From assembly GCF_017642695.1 (NCBI RefSeq), contig NZ_JAEPQD010000001.1: a stretch of 64,000 bases of DNA. One strand, given 5' to 3'. The position numbers and the translations under genes were made by a program. Of this stretch, positions 9,910 through 18,058 are shown piece by piece. Position 1 is the stretch's first letter, and every line of letters starts with the position of its first letter. The notes under the pieces were generated by a model. It did no database searches. It saw only the letters and a list, made by a program, of their open reading frames with translations, and was not told the origin of the DNA. This DNA comes from Parvibaculum sp. (GTDB lineage: Bacteria > Pseudomonadota > Alphaproteobacteria > Parvibaculales > Parvibaculaceae).

Positions 9910-10491
9910 ATGACGATGAAACGGAGCAGCGTGATTTCTGCAGCCTTTCTCTGCATCGCGCTCATGGGCGGGTTTGCCGCCGCGCAGGCGGACGATACCG
10001 GCGGCATGATGATGGGTCGCGGCGGCATGATGGGTCCGGGGATGATGGGAGAAGGTTGGGGCTCCGGCATGATGGGCCCGGGCATGATGGGTGCAGGCTG
10101 GGGTTCCGGCATGATGGGCGGCGGCTGCGGCATGATGATGGGCGGCCGGGCCGGCGACGGCGATGTCGAGACCTATGCCGACGGTCGTGTCGCTTTCCTT
10201 GCCGCGGAACTTGACATCACAGAGGCGCAGCAGGGCGTGTGGAGCGACTACGCCGAAGCGCTGCGGTCCAATACGGGCGTCATGGCGTCGATGCACCGGA
10301 CGATGCGTGAGGCCTTCGGACAGCGGGACGGAACCCCCGTCCACTGGCTCGATCTCCACATCGAGATGATGAAATCCCGCCTCGCCGCGCTCGAAACCAT
10401 GAAGCCGGCGATGGAAGCGCTTTACGACGCCTTGTCCGCGGAGCAGAAGCAGAAGGCCGATCGCCTCCTGCCTGTCATGGGCTGTATGTAG
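9910..10491 (+). CDS. Spy/CpxP-family (LTXXQ-type) periplasmic protein with Met/Gly-rich repeat region
   Basis: 193 aa. Signal peptide, tandem GMMGPGMMGxGWGS units, then a helical LTXXQ-like region (LDITEAQQGVW...LSAEQKQKADRL). Confidence 0.65.
   Translation: MTMKRSSVISAAFLCIALMGGFAAAQADDTGGMMMGRGGMMGPGMMGEGWGSGMMGPGMMGAGWGSGMMGGGCGMMMGGRAGDGDVETYADGRVAFLAAELDITEAQQGVWSDYAEALRSNTGVMASMHRTMREAFGQRDGTPVHWLDLHIEMMKSRLAALETMKPAMEALYDALSAEQKQKADRLLPVMGCM
10024..10140 (+). repeat. 42-nt tandem repeat (2 full units and 1 partial) coding GMMGPGMMG(E/A)GWGS inside the Spy-like CDS
   Basis: Direct repeat read from sequence: ggcatgatgggtccggggatgatgggagaaggttggggctcc / ggcatgatgggcccgggcatgatgggtgcaggctggggttcc / partial third copy. 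Confidence 0.55.
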
Positions 10492-10521
10492 GCCCGCGGT
10501 TTCTTCGGGCGAGGAGAGAAG

Positions 10522-10911
10522 ATGATGACCTACTATCACGCGCGAACCATCGAATGTGCGTTCGACGATGCCGTCGAGCGCGTGACCGCAGCACTGGCTG
10601 CACAGGGCTTCGGCATCCTCACGGATATCGACGTGGCCGCGACGATGAAGAAGAAGCTCGGCAAGGACATGGCTCCCTACCGCATTCTCGGAGCCTGCAA
10701 TCCCGCTATGGCGGACCGGGCGCTTGCGCTTGAGAGCAGGATCGGGACCATGCTCCCCTGCAACGTGATCCTTCGCGAGGTCGGCCCCTCCCGCGTCGAA
10801 GTTGCGGCGATCGACCCCGTCGCGTCGATGGGCGCGATCGGCAATCCGCAGCTCGCCGACGTCGCGCAAAGCGTGGCGGACATGCTGACCAAGGCCGTCG
10901 ACGCGGTCTAG
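10522..10911 (+). CDS. DUF302 domain protein
   Basis: 129 aa. Typical DUF302 signature (GFGILTDIDV...MAPYRILGACNP). Confidence 0.7.
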   Translation: MMTYYHARTIECAFDDAVERVTAALAAQGFGILTDIDVAATMKKKLGKDMAPYRILGACNPAMADRALALESRIGTMLPCNVILREVGPSRVEVAAIDPVASMGAIGNPQLADVAQSVADMLTKAVDAV

Positions 10912-11208
10912 GCTCATATGGGCCGCGTTTCGGTCGGGGCTGTGTCCGAACGGAGAGGGGACGGGTCATGCGCGCCCTGATCGGGGCCGCCATCGGCGGC
11001 ACCCGCGTCCTGTCGCTCGATTTCGGCAGTCTGGACGAAACGGTGTCGCAGACGTGGGCGCTACCGGATTGATGGTCTTTGACGGCACGGCAGCGAATGC
11101 CGGCGCGCGCAGCCGGTCCCTGCCCGTCTTCCAATGGGTTGGGTATCCGGCGACGTTCTGGCGCTTGGTCGCCGGGAAAGAGACGCTCTTCGCCAGCGGA
11201 GCCGGCGG

Positions 11209-11394
11209 TTATTCCGGCCGGATGATCGGCGTCGACTGGGAGTTCTTCGCTGGCAGGTCCGCGGTCGATTCCGTATCGGTCGAGCCCATCGGGCCGGGCG
11301 CCTCTTGCGCCGGGCCGATCTCGTTGCTGCAGGCCGAGAGCAGCGCACCTGCAACGATGATCGATGCGGCGAGAGCGGGCATATTCCGTTTCAT
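11209..11394 (-). CDS. small lipoprotein (hypothetical)
   Basis: 61 aa from MKRNMPALAASIIVAGALLSACSNE (signal peptide plus lipobox). AAGGAAGGA RBS 6 nt upstream. Preferred over the overlapping plus-strand ORF 11054..11473. Confidence 0.45.
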   Translation of the reverse strand: MKRNMPALAASIIVAGALLSACSNEIGPAQEAPGPMGSTDTESTADLPAKNSQSTPIIRPE

Positions 11395-11530
11395 GTCGCG
11401 TGTCCTTCCTTGCGCCCCGGTTATGGAACGCAGACCTCTCTCGCAGGTTCCTTCCGGGCATTTGTTCTTATAATGTTCTTGTGCGTCGCGAAGAGTCCCG
11501 CTACCCTCTCTCCATAACGGGGGGCTCCTC

Positions 11531-13081
11531 ATGGTTGCGCATGTCGAGACACTGGCCTTTCAGGGCGTCGAGGCGCGCCCGGTCGATGTGCAGGTCCACA
11601 TCGCGGGTGGTGTCGTCGGTTTCGCGGTCGTCGGCCTCGGCGACAAGGCGGTTGCCGAAAGCCGCGAGCGGGTCCGCGCCGCGCTGCAGGCGATTGGCCT
11701 CGGCCTGCCCGCCAAGCGCATCACGGTCAATCTCGCCCCCGCCGATCTCCCCAAGGAAGGCAGTCATTACGACTTGCCCATAGCGCTCGGCCTTCTCGTC
11801 GCCATGGGCGTCCTGCCGCCGCAGGAAGTCGAACGCTTCGTCGTCATTGGCGAACTCTCGCTCGATGGCGCGATCAACCCGGTCGCCGGTGCGCTCCCGG
11901 CGGCGATTGCCGCCAATGCGCGCGGCAAGGGCCTGATCTGTCCTCATGAGTGCGGGCCGGAGGCCGCCTGGGCGGGCATGGGCGCGGACAACCCGGGTGG
12001 CGTCCTCGCGCCGCAGTCCATCATTGCCCTGGTGAACCATTTCCGGGGTACTCAGGTCCTTTCCGAGCCCGCGCCGATGAAGGCGGCGGAGGCGGGGCCG
12101 GTGCCGGACCTGCGCGATATCAAGGGCCAGGAAACGGCGAAACGTGCGCTGGAAGTTGCCGCCGCCGGCGGCCACAACATGCTGATGGTTGGCCCGCCGG
12201 GCTCTGGCAAGTCCATGCTCGCCGCCCGCCTCCCTGGCATTTTGCCGCCGCTGTCTCCGCGCGAGATGCTCGAAACCTCGATGGTTGCCTCGCTCGCCGG
12301 CGAGCTCCTGAAGACCGGCGTCGGCCGCCGCCGTCCTTACCGGGCGCCGCATCATTCGGCCTCCATGCCCGCCCTTGTCGGCGGCGGGCTGCGCGTCAAG
12401 CCGGGCGAGGTCTCGCTCGCCCATCGCGGCGTCCTCTTCCTCGATGAACTGCCGGAGTTTCCGCGTCAGGTGCTGGACAGTCTGCGCCAGCCGCTCGAAA
12501 CCGGCGAGGCTGTCGTCGCTCGCGCCAATGCGCATGTCACCTTCCCCGCCCGTTTCCAGCTCGTCGCCGCGATGAACCCCTGCCGCTGCGGCCATGCGGG
12601 CGATGCCGCGCGCGCCTGTCCGCGTGTGCCGCGCTGCGTCTCGGATTATCAGGCGAAGCTCTCGGGGCCGATGCTCGACCGTATCGACATCCATATCGAG
12701 GTGCCGCCCGTCGCCCATGCGGATCTTGCGCTGCCGCCGCCCGCCGAGGGCTCGGCGGAAGTGGCCATCCGTGTCGCCGCCGCGCGCGACATTCAGCAGG
12801 CCCGCTTCGATGAGCTTGCCGGGCCGGGCTCCATGCTTCTCAACGCCCATGTCGAGGGAGAGCTTCTCGACCGCGTCGCGGCCCCTGACGATGCCGGCCG
12901 CCGTCTGCTCTCCGAAGCCGCCGAGCGCATGGGCCTCACCGCGCGCGGCTATCACCGCGTCCTCCGCGTTGCGCGAACGCTCGCCGACCTCGAAGGCATG
13001 ACCGGCGTTGCCCGCATCCATGTCGCCGAGGCGCTCGCTTATCGCGAGACCGTGGCTGGCCGTCTCGGCGCGGCGGCGTGA
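11531..13081 (+). CDS. comM: YifB/ComM family Mg-chelatase-like AAA+ ATPase
   Basis: 516 aa. N-terminal Lon-like domain, Walker A (GPPGSGKS), Mg-chelatase C-terminal region. Confidence 0.9.
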   Translation: MVAHVETLAFQGVEARPVDVQVHIAGGVVGFAVVGLGDKAVAESRERVRAALQAIGLGLPAKRITVNLAPADLPKEGSHYDLPIALGLLVAMGVLPPQEVERFVVIGELSLDGAINPVAGALPAAIAANARGKGLICPHECGPEAAWAGMGADNPGGVLAPQSIIALVNHFRGTQVLSEPAPMKAAEAGPVPDLRDIKGQETAKRALEVAAAGGHNMLMVGPPGSGKSMLAARLPGILPPLSPREMLETSMVASLAGELLKTGVGRRRPYRAPHHSASMPALVGGGLRVKPGEVSLAHRGVLFLDELPEFPRQVLDSLRQPLETGEAVVARANAHVTFPARFQLVAAMNPCRCGHAGDAARACPRVPRCVSDYQAKLSGPMLDRIDIHIEVPPVAHADLALPPPAEGSAEVAIRVAAARDIQQARFDELAGPGSMLLNAHVEGELLDRVAAPDDAGRRLLSEAAERMGLTARGYHRVLRVARTLADLEGMTGVARIHVAEALAYRETVAGRLGAAA

Positions 13082-13206
13082 GCCTTCTCCGCCGCAACGG
13101 CGCGGATTTCTGTGGCCTCAGCCGCCGTTAACCATTCCTCCTAACCCTTTCTCAAGCACAATCCGGGCAGATTGTCGGGCGTTTCCGTTCCCAGCCGAGA
13201 GCCCGC

Positions 13207-15417
13207 ATGTCCCCGATCCCCGTCGAGCAGATGCCCTTCTATCTTCTGGGCCTTGCCGCCGTGCTCCTGCTCGGGATCGAGGCCTGGCGCCGCGCCGCCG
13301 CGCGTGCCCGCGCGCATCGCGACGAAATCGAGATCCTGCAGACCCGCATCGAAACGCTCCGCGACGAGAAATGGGCAATCGCCGAGCGCGAGGAGCGCTA
13401 CCGCGATCTCGTTCGCGCGCAGGGCGACCTCATTCTGCGCAAGGACCTGCAGGGCCGCCTCACCTATGTGAACGATGTCTTCTGCGACACCTTCGGCCGC
13501 GACCGCACGGAGGTCATCGGCCATCCATTCGTGCCGGAGCTTCCCGAAGGCCAGCGCCCGCGCATGCTGGCGAGCTTCGCCGGCCTCGCGACACCGCCCT
13601 ACCGCATCCGCTACGACGAACGCACGCTGACGGCGCGGGGCGCTCGCTGGATCGCCTGGGAGGAGTTCGCGATCCGCGACGACGACGGCAAGCTGATCGA
13701 GATCCAGGCCGTCGGCCGCGACGTCACCGACCGCAAGGAAACGGAAGAGCGTCTCGCCGAGGCGCTGCAGCAGGCGAAAGATGCGAACCGCGCCAAGTCG
13801 CTCTTCCTCGCCACCATGAGCCATGAAATCCGTACACCGATGAATGGCGTCATCGGCATGACGAAGCTTCTTCTCGACACGAAGCTCAACCCCTCGCAGC
13901 GTTCCTATGCGGAAGCCGTTCGTGCATCGGGCGAGGCGCTCCTCAACATCATCAACGACATTCTCGACTATTCGAAGATCGAGGCCGGCAAGGTCACGCT
14001 CGACGAGGTCTCCTTCGATCCGCGCGCCGTCATCGAAAGCGTCGCCGAGCTGCTCGCGCCGCGCGCCTTCGACAAGAACCTTGAGGTCGTGACCGAGATT
14101 TCGCCTTCCGTCCCGCGTTCGATCCTTGGCGACGAAGCGCGCATCCGGCAGATCCTGCTCAACCTCGCGGGCAACGCGATCAAGTTCACGGTCGAGGGTG
14201 GCGTCGCGCTGCGTCTCCTGCGCGCCGAAAACGGATCCGGCGGCCGCGCCGACCTCGTCTTCGAGGTCGAGGACACCGGTATCGGCATGGACGAACAGGC
14301 GCGCGAGCACATCTTCGACGAATTCGCGCAGGCCGATCAGTCCCATGCGCGCCGCTACGAAGGCACCGGCCTCGGTCTCGCCATCACGAAGCGTCTCGCC
14401 GGTGCGATGGGCGGCCGCGTCGAGGTCGAGAGTGAGCAGGGCAGGGGGTCCATCTTCCGCGTCTCCATGCCGCTTCGCCGCGCGATCGGCGAAAGCGATG
14501 CGCCCTTCCCCGCGCCGCTCTCCGGTCTGCGCGCGATCATTCTGAACGACCACCCGCTTGTCGGCCGAGCGCTCGCCCGCGCGGCGGAAGCGGCGGGTGC
14601 GGAAACGCATCTCGTCTCGGGCCGCGAGGCGCTCACCGCCGCGCTCCGCTCCGCGCCTGCGGACATTTTCATCTGTCCGCTCGATGGCGCGGAAGGCGAG
14701 GGCGCCGCTCTCGCCGCGCATGCCCGCACGCTGTCGCCCGATATCGGTACGCTGCTTCTCCTCCGGCCGCAGGACCGCGCCCGTCTCGACGAACTGACGA
14801 GCGGGGAGAACGCCCCCTTCGACGGCTATCTCGTGCGTCCCGTTCGCGCCGCGTCTCTCGTGGCGCGCATGACCGCGTTGCGCGTGCGCGGCTGGATGCC
14901 GGGGGCCGGTGCGCCCGAGACGCAGGACTATGAAGAAGGGATCGCCGAAGAGGCCGCGCCGCCGCCGCTCGTCGCCATTTCGCCTCTCACCGTCCTCGTC
15001 GCCGAGGACAACGAGATCAACGCGCTCCTGACGCGCACGCTCCTCGAACATACCGGCCACGAAGTCCGCCTCGCGCGGAACGGTCTCGAGGCCGTCGCCG
15101 CTCTCGAGGCGGACACGGATGAAGAGATTGACCTCGTGCTGATGGACCTTCACATGCCGGGCATGGATGGCTTCGAGGCGACCGCCCGCATCCGCGGCCT
15201 CGAAACGCCCCACGCGCATATCCCGGTGATCGCGCTCACGGCCAATGCCATGGCCGATGACCGCCAGGCCTGTCTCGATGCGGGCATGGACGATTATCTG
15301 TCGAAACCCGTCGCTGCCGAGGCCCTCTCCGAAACGCTGGTGCGATGGGCTGGCCGCCGTTCTCCCTGCGGCGGCGCTCCCGCGAACGCATCTGGCGAAA
15401 AGGCGAATCACGCTTAA
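13207..15417 (+). CDS. hybrid sensor histidine kinase / response regulator (TM, PAS, HisKA, HATPase, degenerate internal receiver-like segment, C-terminal REC)
   Basis: 736 aa. H-box SHEIRTPMNG. G-boxes (EDTGIGM, GTGLGLAI). C-terminal receiver (VLVAEDNEINA...DLVLMDLHMPGMDG...DYLSKP). Confidence 0.85.
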   Translation: MSPIPVEQMPFYLLGLAAVLLLGIEAWRRAAARARAHRDEIEILQTRIETLRDEKWAIAEREERYRDLVRAQGDLILRKDLQGRLTYVNDVFCDTFGRDRTEVIGHPFVPELPEGQRPRMLASFAGLATPPYRIRYDERTLTARGARWIAWEEFAIRDDDGKLIEIQAVGRDVTDRKETEERLAEALQQAKDANRAKSLFLATMSHEIRTPMNGVIGMTKLLLDTKLNPSQRSYAEAVRASGEALLNIINDILDYSKIEAGKVTLDEVSFDPRAVIESVAELLAPRAFDKNLEVVTEISPSVPRSILGDEARIRQILLNLAGNAIKFTVEGGVALRLLRAENGSGGRADLVFEVEDTGIGMDEQAREHIFDEFAQADQSHARRYEGTGLGLAITKRLAGAMGGRVEVESEQGRGSIFRVSMPLRRAIGESDAPFPAPLSGLRAIILNDHPLVGRALARAAEAAGAETHLVSGREALTAALRSAPADIFICPLDGAEGEGAALAAHARTLSPDIGTLLLLRPQDRARLDELTSGENAPFDGYLVRPVRAASLVARMTALRVRGWMPGAGAPETQDYEEGIAEEAAPPPLVAISPLTVLVAEDNEINALLTRTLLEHTGHEVRLARNGLEAVAALEADTDEEIDLVLMDLHMPGMDGFEATARIRGLETPHAHIPVIALTANAMADDRQACLDAGMDDYLSKPVAAEALSETLVRWAGRRSPCGGAPANASGEKANHA

Positions 15418-15462
15418 AGTGGATCCGTCCCGATTGCCGGGGCGTCAGGGGAGACACATCGA

Positions 15463-16893
15463 ATGACGGTCATGACGCGCGCCCGCGACTGGGCGTCGAG
15501 CCTTGCGGTCTATCTCGAATACCGCACCATCATCATGCTGCTGCTCGGCTTTGCGGCGGGCCTGCCTTTCCTTCTCGTCTTCTCGACGCTGTCGGCATGG
15601 CTGCGCGACGCGGGCATCTCCCGCACCGATATCGGCCTTATGTCCTATGTCGGCCTCGCCTACACGATCAAGTTTCTCTGGGCGCCGGTGATCGATCATA
15701 TCCGTGTGCCCCTGCTCGACCGGCTGCTCGGCAAGCGCCGCGCCTGGATGGTGCTGGCGCAGCTCGTTGCCGCCAGCGCGCTTGTCGGTCTCTCGCTTCA
15801 GGACCCCGTGCAATCCCTGATGCCGATCGTCATCTTCGCGCTCATCCTCGCCTTCGCTTCCGCCACGCAGGATATCGCCGTCGACGCCTGGCGCATCGAG
15901 GCCGCGCCCGATGATAAACAGGGCGCGATGGCGGCGAACTATCAACTCGGCTATCGCGTGGCGCTGATTGCGTCGGGCGCAGGCGCCCTTTTCATTGCCG
16001 AAGACGTCTCCTGGTCGGCTGCCTATTTCACGATGGCGTTGTTGATGGGTGTCGGCCTTGGCGCCGCGCTTCTCGCGCCCCGCGTCGCAGAAGCCGAAGC
16101 CCCCGCCATCGGCGAGGAAACGGTGGAGCGCTTCGTGCATCGCATGCATGCCGATGGGCGCATGGCGCACATCACAGGGTGGGTCTACCGCGCCGTCGTC
16201 GCGCCCTTCATCGATTTCTTCGGTCGCTATGGCTGGTGGTCGCTTGCGCTCCTCGCGCTGATCGGGCTTTACCGCGTGCCCGACTTCGTGATGGGCGTCA
16301 TGGCGAACCCGCTCTACATCGATCTCGGCTTCGAGCTTTCGACCATCGCCACTATCGTAAAGCTCTACGGCATCTGGATGACGATTGCGGGCGCTTTTGT
16401 CGGCGGCATCGTGGTGCTGCGGCTTGGCGTTCGTACCCCGCTGCTGCTCGGCGCCATCGCCGCCACCGGCACCAATCTGATTTTCGTCTGGCTGGTCTTC
16501 CGCGGCGCCGACCCCGCCGCGCTCGCCGTCACCATCTCCATCGAGAATTTTTCCGGCGGCTTCGCGGGCACATGCCTCATCGCCTACATGTCGAGCCTCG
16601 TGAACCGCAATTTCGCGGCCACCCAATATGCGCTGTTCAGTTCGGCCTTCGCCCTGCCCGGCAAGCTGATCGGCGGCCAGTCCGGCGTCATGGTCGATGC
16701 CTTCTCGGCCTCTCCCGGCATCGTCGGCCCGATCATGGAAATGGCCCCCCACCTGACCGCGCAGACGGCGGGCTATGTCCCCTTCTTCATCTCGACGGCG
16801 CTGATGGGCGTTCCGGCGCTCTTGCTGATTCTGGTGGTGATCTTTTTCCAGCCGAAGCCGCAGCCGATTCCCGCTCCCGCTGCGGCCGCCTGA
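15463..16893 (+). CDS. ampG: AmpG-family MFS muropeptide permease
   Basis: 476 aa, multi-TM. AmpG-like N-terminus (YLEYRTIIMLLLGFAAGLPFLL..TLSAWL). Confidence 0.8.
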   Translation: MTVMTRARDWASSLAVYLEYRTIIMLLLGFAAGLPFLLVFSTLSAWLRDAGISRTDIGLMSYVGLAYTIKFLWAPVIDHIRVPLLDRLLGKRRAWMVLAQLVAASALVGLSLQDPVQSLMPIVIFALILAFASATQDIAVDAWRIEAAPDDKQGAMAANYQLGYRVALIASGAGALFIAEDVSWSAAYFTMALLMGVGLGAALLAPRVAEAEAPAIGEETVERFVHRMHADGRMAHITGWVYRAVVAPFIDFFGRYGWWSLALLALIGLYRVPDFVMGVMANPLYIDLGFELSTIATIVKLYGIWMTIAGAFVGGIVVLRLGVRTPLLLGAIAATGTNLIFVWLVFRGADPAALAVTISIENFSGGFAGTCLIAYMSSLVNRNFAATQYALFSSAFALPGKLIGGQSGVMVDAFSASPGIVGPIMEMAPHLTAQTAGYVPFFISTALMGVPALLLILVVIFFQPKPQPIPAPAAAA

Positions 16894-17170
16894 TCGCGGT
16901 CCGAAAATATCCATTTGAAATCAGTGACTTGCAGGCGACATTTTTCTGTCGCCAACCGCTGCGACAAGCTAGACGGACCCATGCGCTTTCGCACGGCCCC
17001 GTGTCTTGGCTTTGCGCAGCGATAGTGAAAGGATAGGCAAAATGGCCGTTCGGAGCCTTGTCGGCAAAGAGGCGGGGGCGGCTCGGGGGGAGGGCGCGGC
17101 GCTGCTTGAGCGGCCGTCCCGGTTCCGGCGCGCCGAATGTGGTGCAGAAATGGGTTCGGGTTCCGGCGTA

Positions 17171-18052
17171 ATGACATCTCAAAAGACGGATCGGGGCGGC
17201 AACGCGCTGGCTGCCGGAATGGCGCGGCCTGTCAGCTATGGCCGCAAGGGCGCGCTCGAAGTGCGCCTTGCATGTTCCGCGAAAGAGATCGACGCCGCGC
17301 AGGCCGTCCGCTACCGCGTCTTCTACGAGGAGATGTCGGCGACGCCCGACGCGGAGACGCGGACGCGCAAGCGCGACTTCGACCGCTTCGACGAGATCTG
17401 CGATCACCTTCTTGTCGTCGACCATTCCCTCGCGCCCGACGGCGATGAGGGCGAGGTGCCGCCGGAAGCTGTGGTCGGCTGCTACCGCCTGCTCCGTCAG
17501 GACGTCGCCGAGCGGAACGGCGGCTTCTACACCGCGAGCGAATACGACATCGCGCCTCTTCTCGCGCGCCACGCCGATCTCAATTTTCTGGAGCTCGGCC
17601 GCTCCTGCGTGCTGAAGCCCTACCGCACCAAGCCGACGGTCGAGCTTCTGTGGCACGGCATCATGCACTATGTCACGGAGCACAATCTCGACGTCATGTT
17701 CGGCTGCGCGAGCTTTGAGGGCACGGAGCCGGATGAGCTCGCCGCGCCGCTCTCCTATCTCCACCATCATCACGCAGCGCCGGAGGACTGGAAGGTCCGC
17801 GCGCTGCCCGAGCTCTATGTCGAGATGAACCGGATGGGAAAGGACGCGCTCGATCCGCGCGACGCGCTCCGCGCGCTGCCGCCCATGATCAAGGGCTATC
17901 TCCGTGCGGGCTGCTATATCGGCGAAGGCGCGGTCATCGACCGCCAGTTCGGCACCACCGATGTGCTGATCCTCTTCCCCGTCGCGCAGATTTCCGACCG
18001 CTACCTCACGAAGTTCGGCGCCAAGTTCGGCACACCGAACGGCAAGGGCTGA
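17171..18052 (+). CDS. olsB: ornithine N-alpha-acyltransferase (OlsB, GNAT-like hemolysin family)
   Basis: Start placed at MTSQKT (ATG 17171). The upstream 55 codons of the ORF are unlikely to be coding. OlsB hallmarks (RLACSAKEIDAAQAVRYRVFYEEM, CYRLL, LELGRSCV). Confidence 0.7.
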   Translation: MTSQKTDRGGNALAAGMARPVSYGRKGALEVRLACSAKEIDAAQAVRYRVFYEEMSATPDAETRTRKRDFDRFDEICDHLLVVDHSLAPDGDEGEVPPEAVVGCYRLLRQDVAERNGGFYTASEYDIAPLLARHADLNFLELGRSCVLKPYRTKPTVELLWHGIMHYVTEHNLDVMFGCASFEGTEPDELAAPLSYLHHHHAAPEDWKVRALPELYVEMNRMGKDALDPRDALRALPPMIKGYLRAGCYIGEGAVIDRQFGTTDVLILFPVAQISDRYLTKFGAKFGTPNGKG

Positions 18053-18058
18053 TCCGCC

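Noticed and set aside
11054-11473. 139-aa plus-strand ORF overlapping the minus-strand lipoprotein gene
   Set aside because: It has no RBS, signal or domain features. The minus-strand alternative has a strong RBS, a signal peptide and a lipobox
17006-17170. 55-codon N-terminal extension of the olsB ORF
   Set aside because: OlsB homology starts at MTSQK... The extension is Gly/Ala/Arg-rich and lies in the ampG-olsB spacer that contains a hairpin
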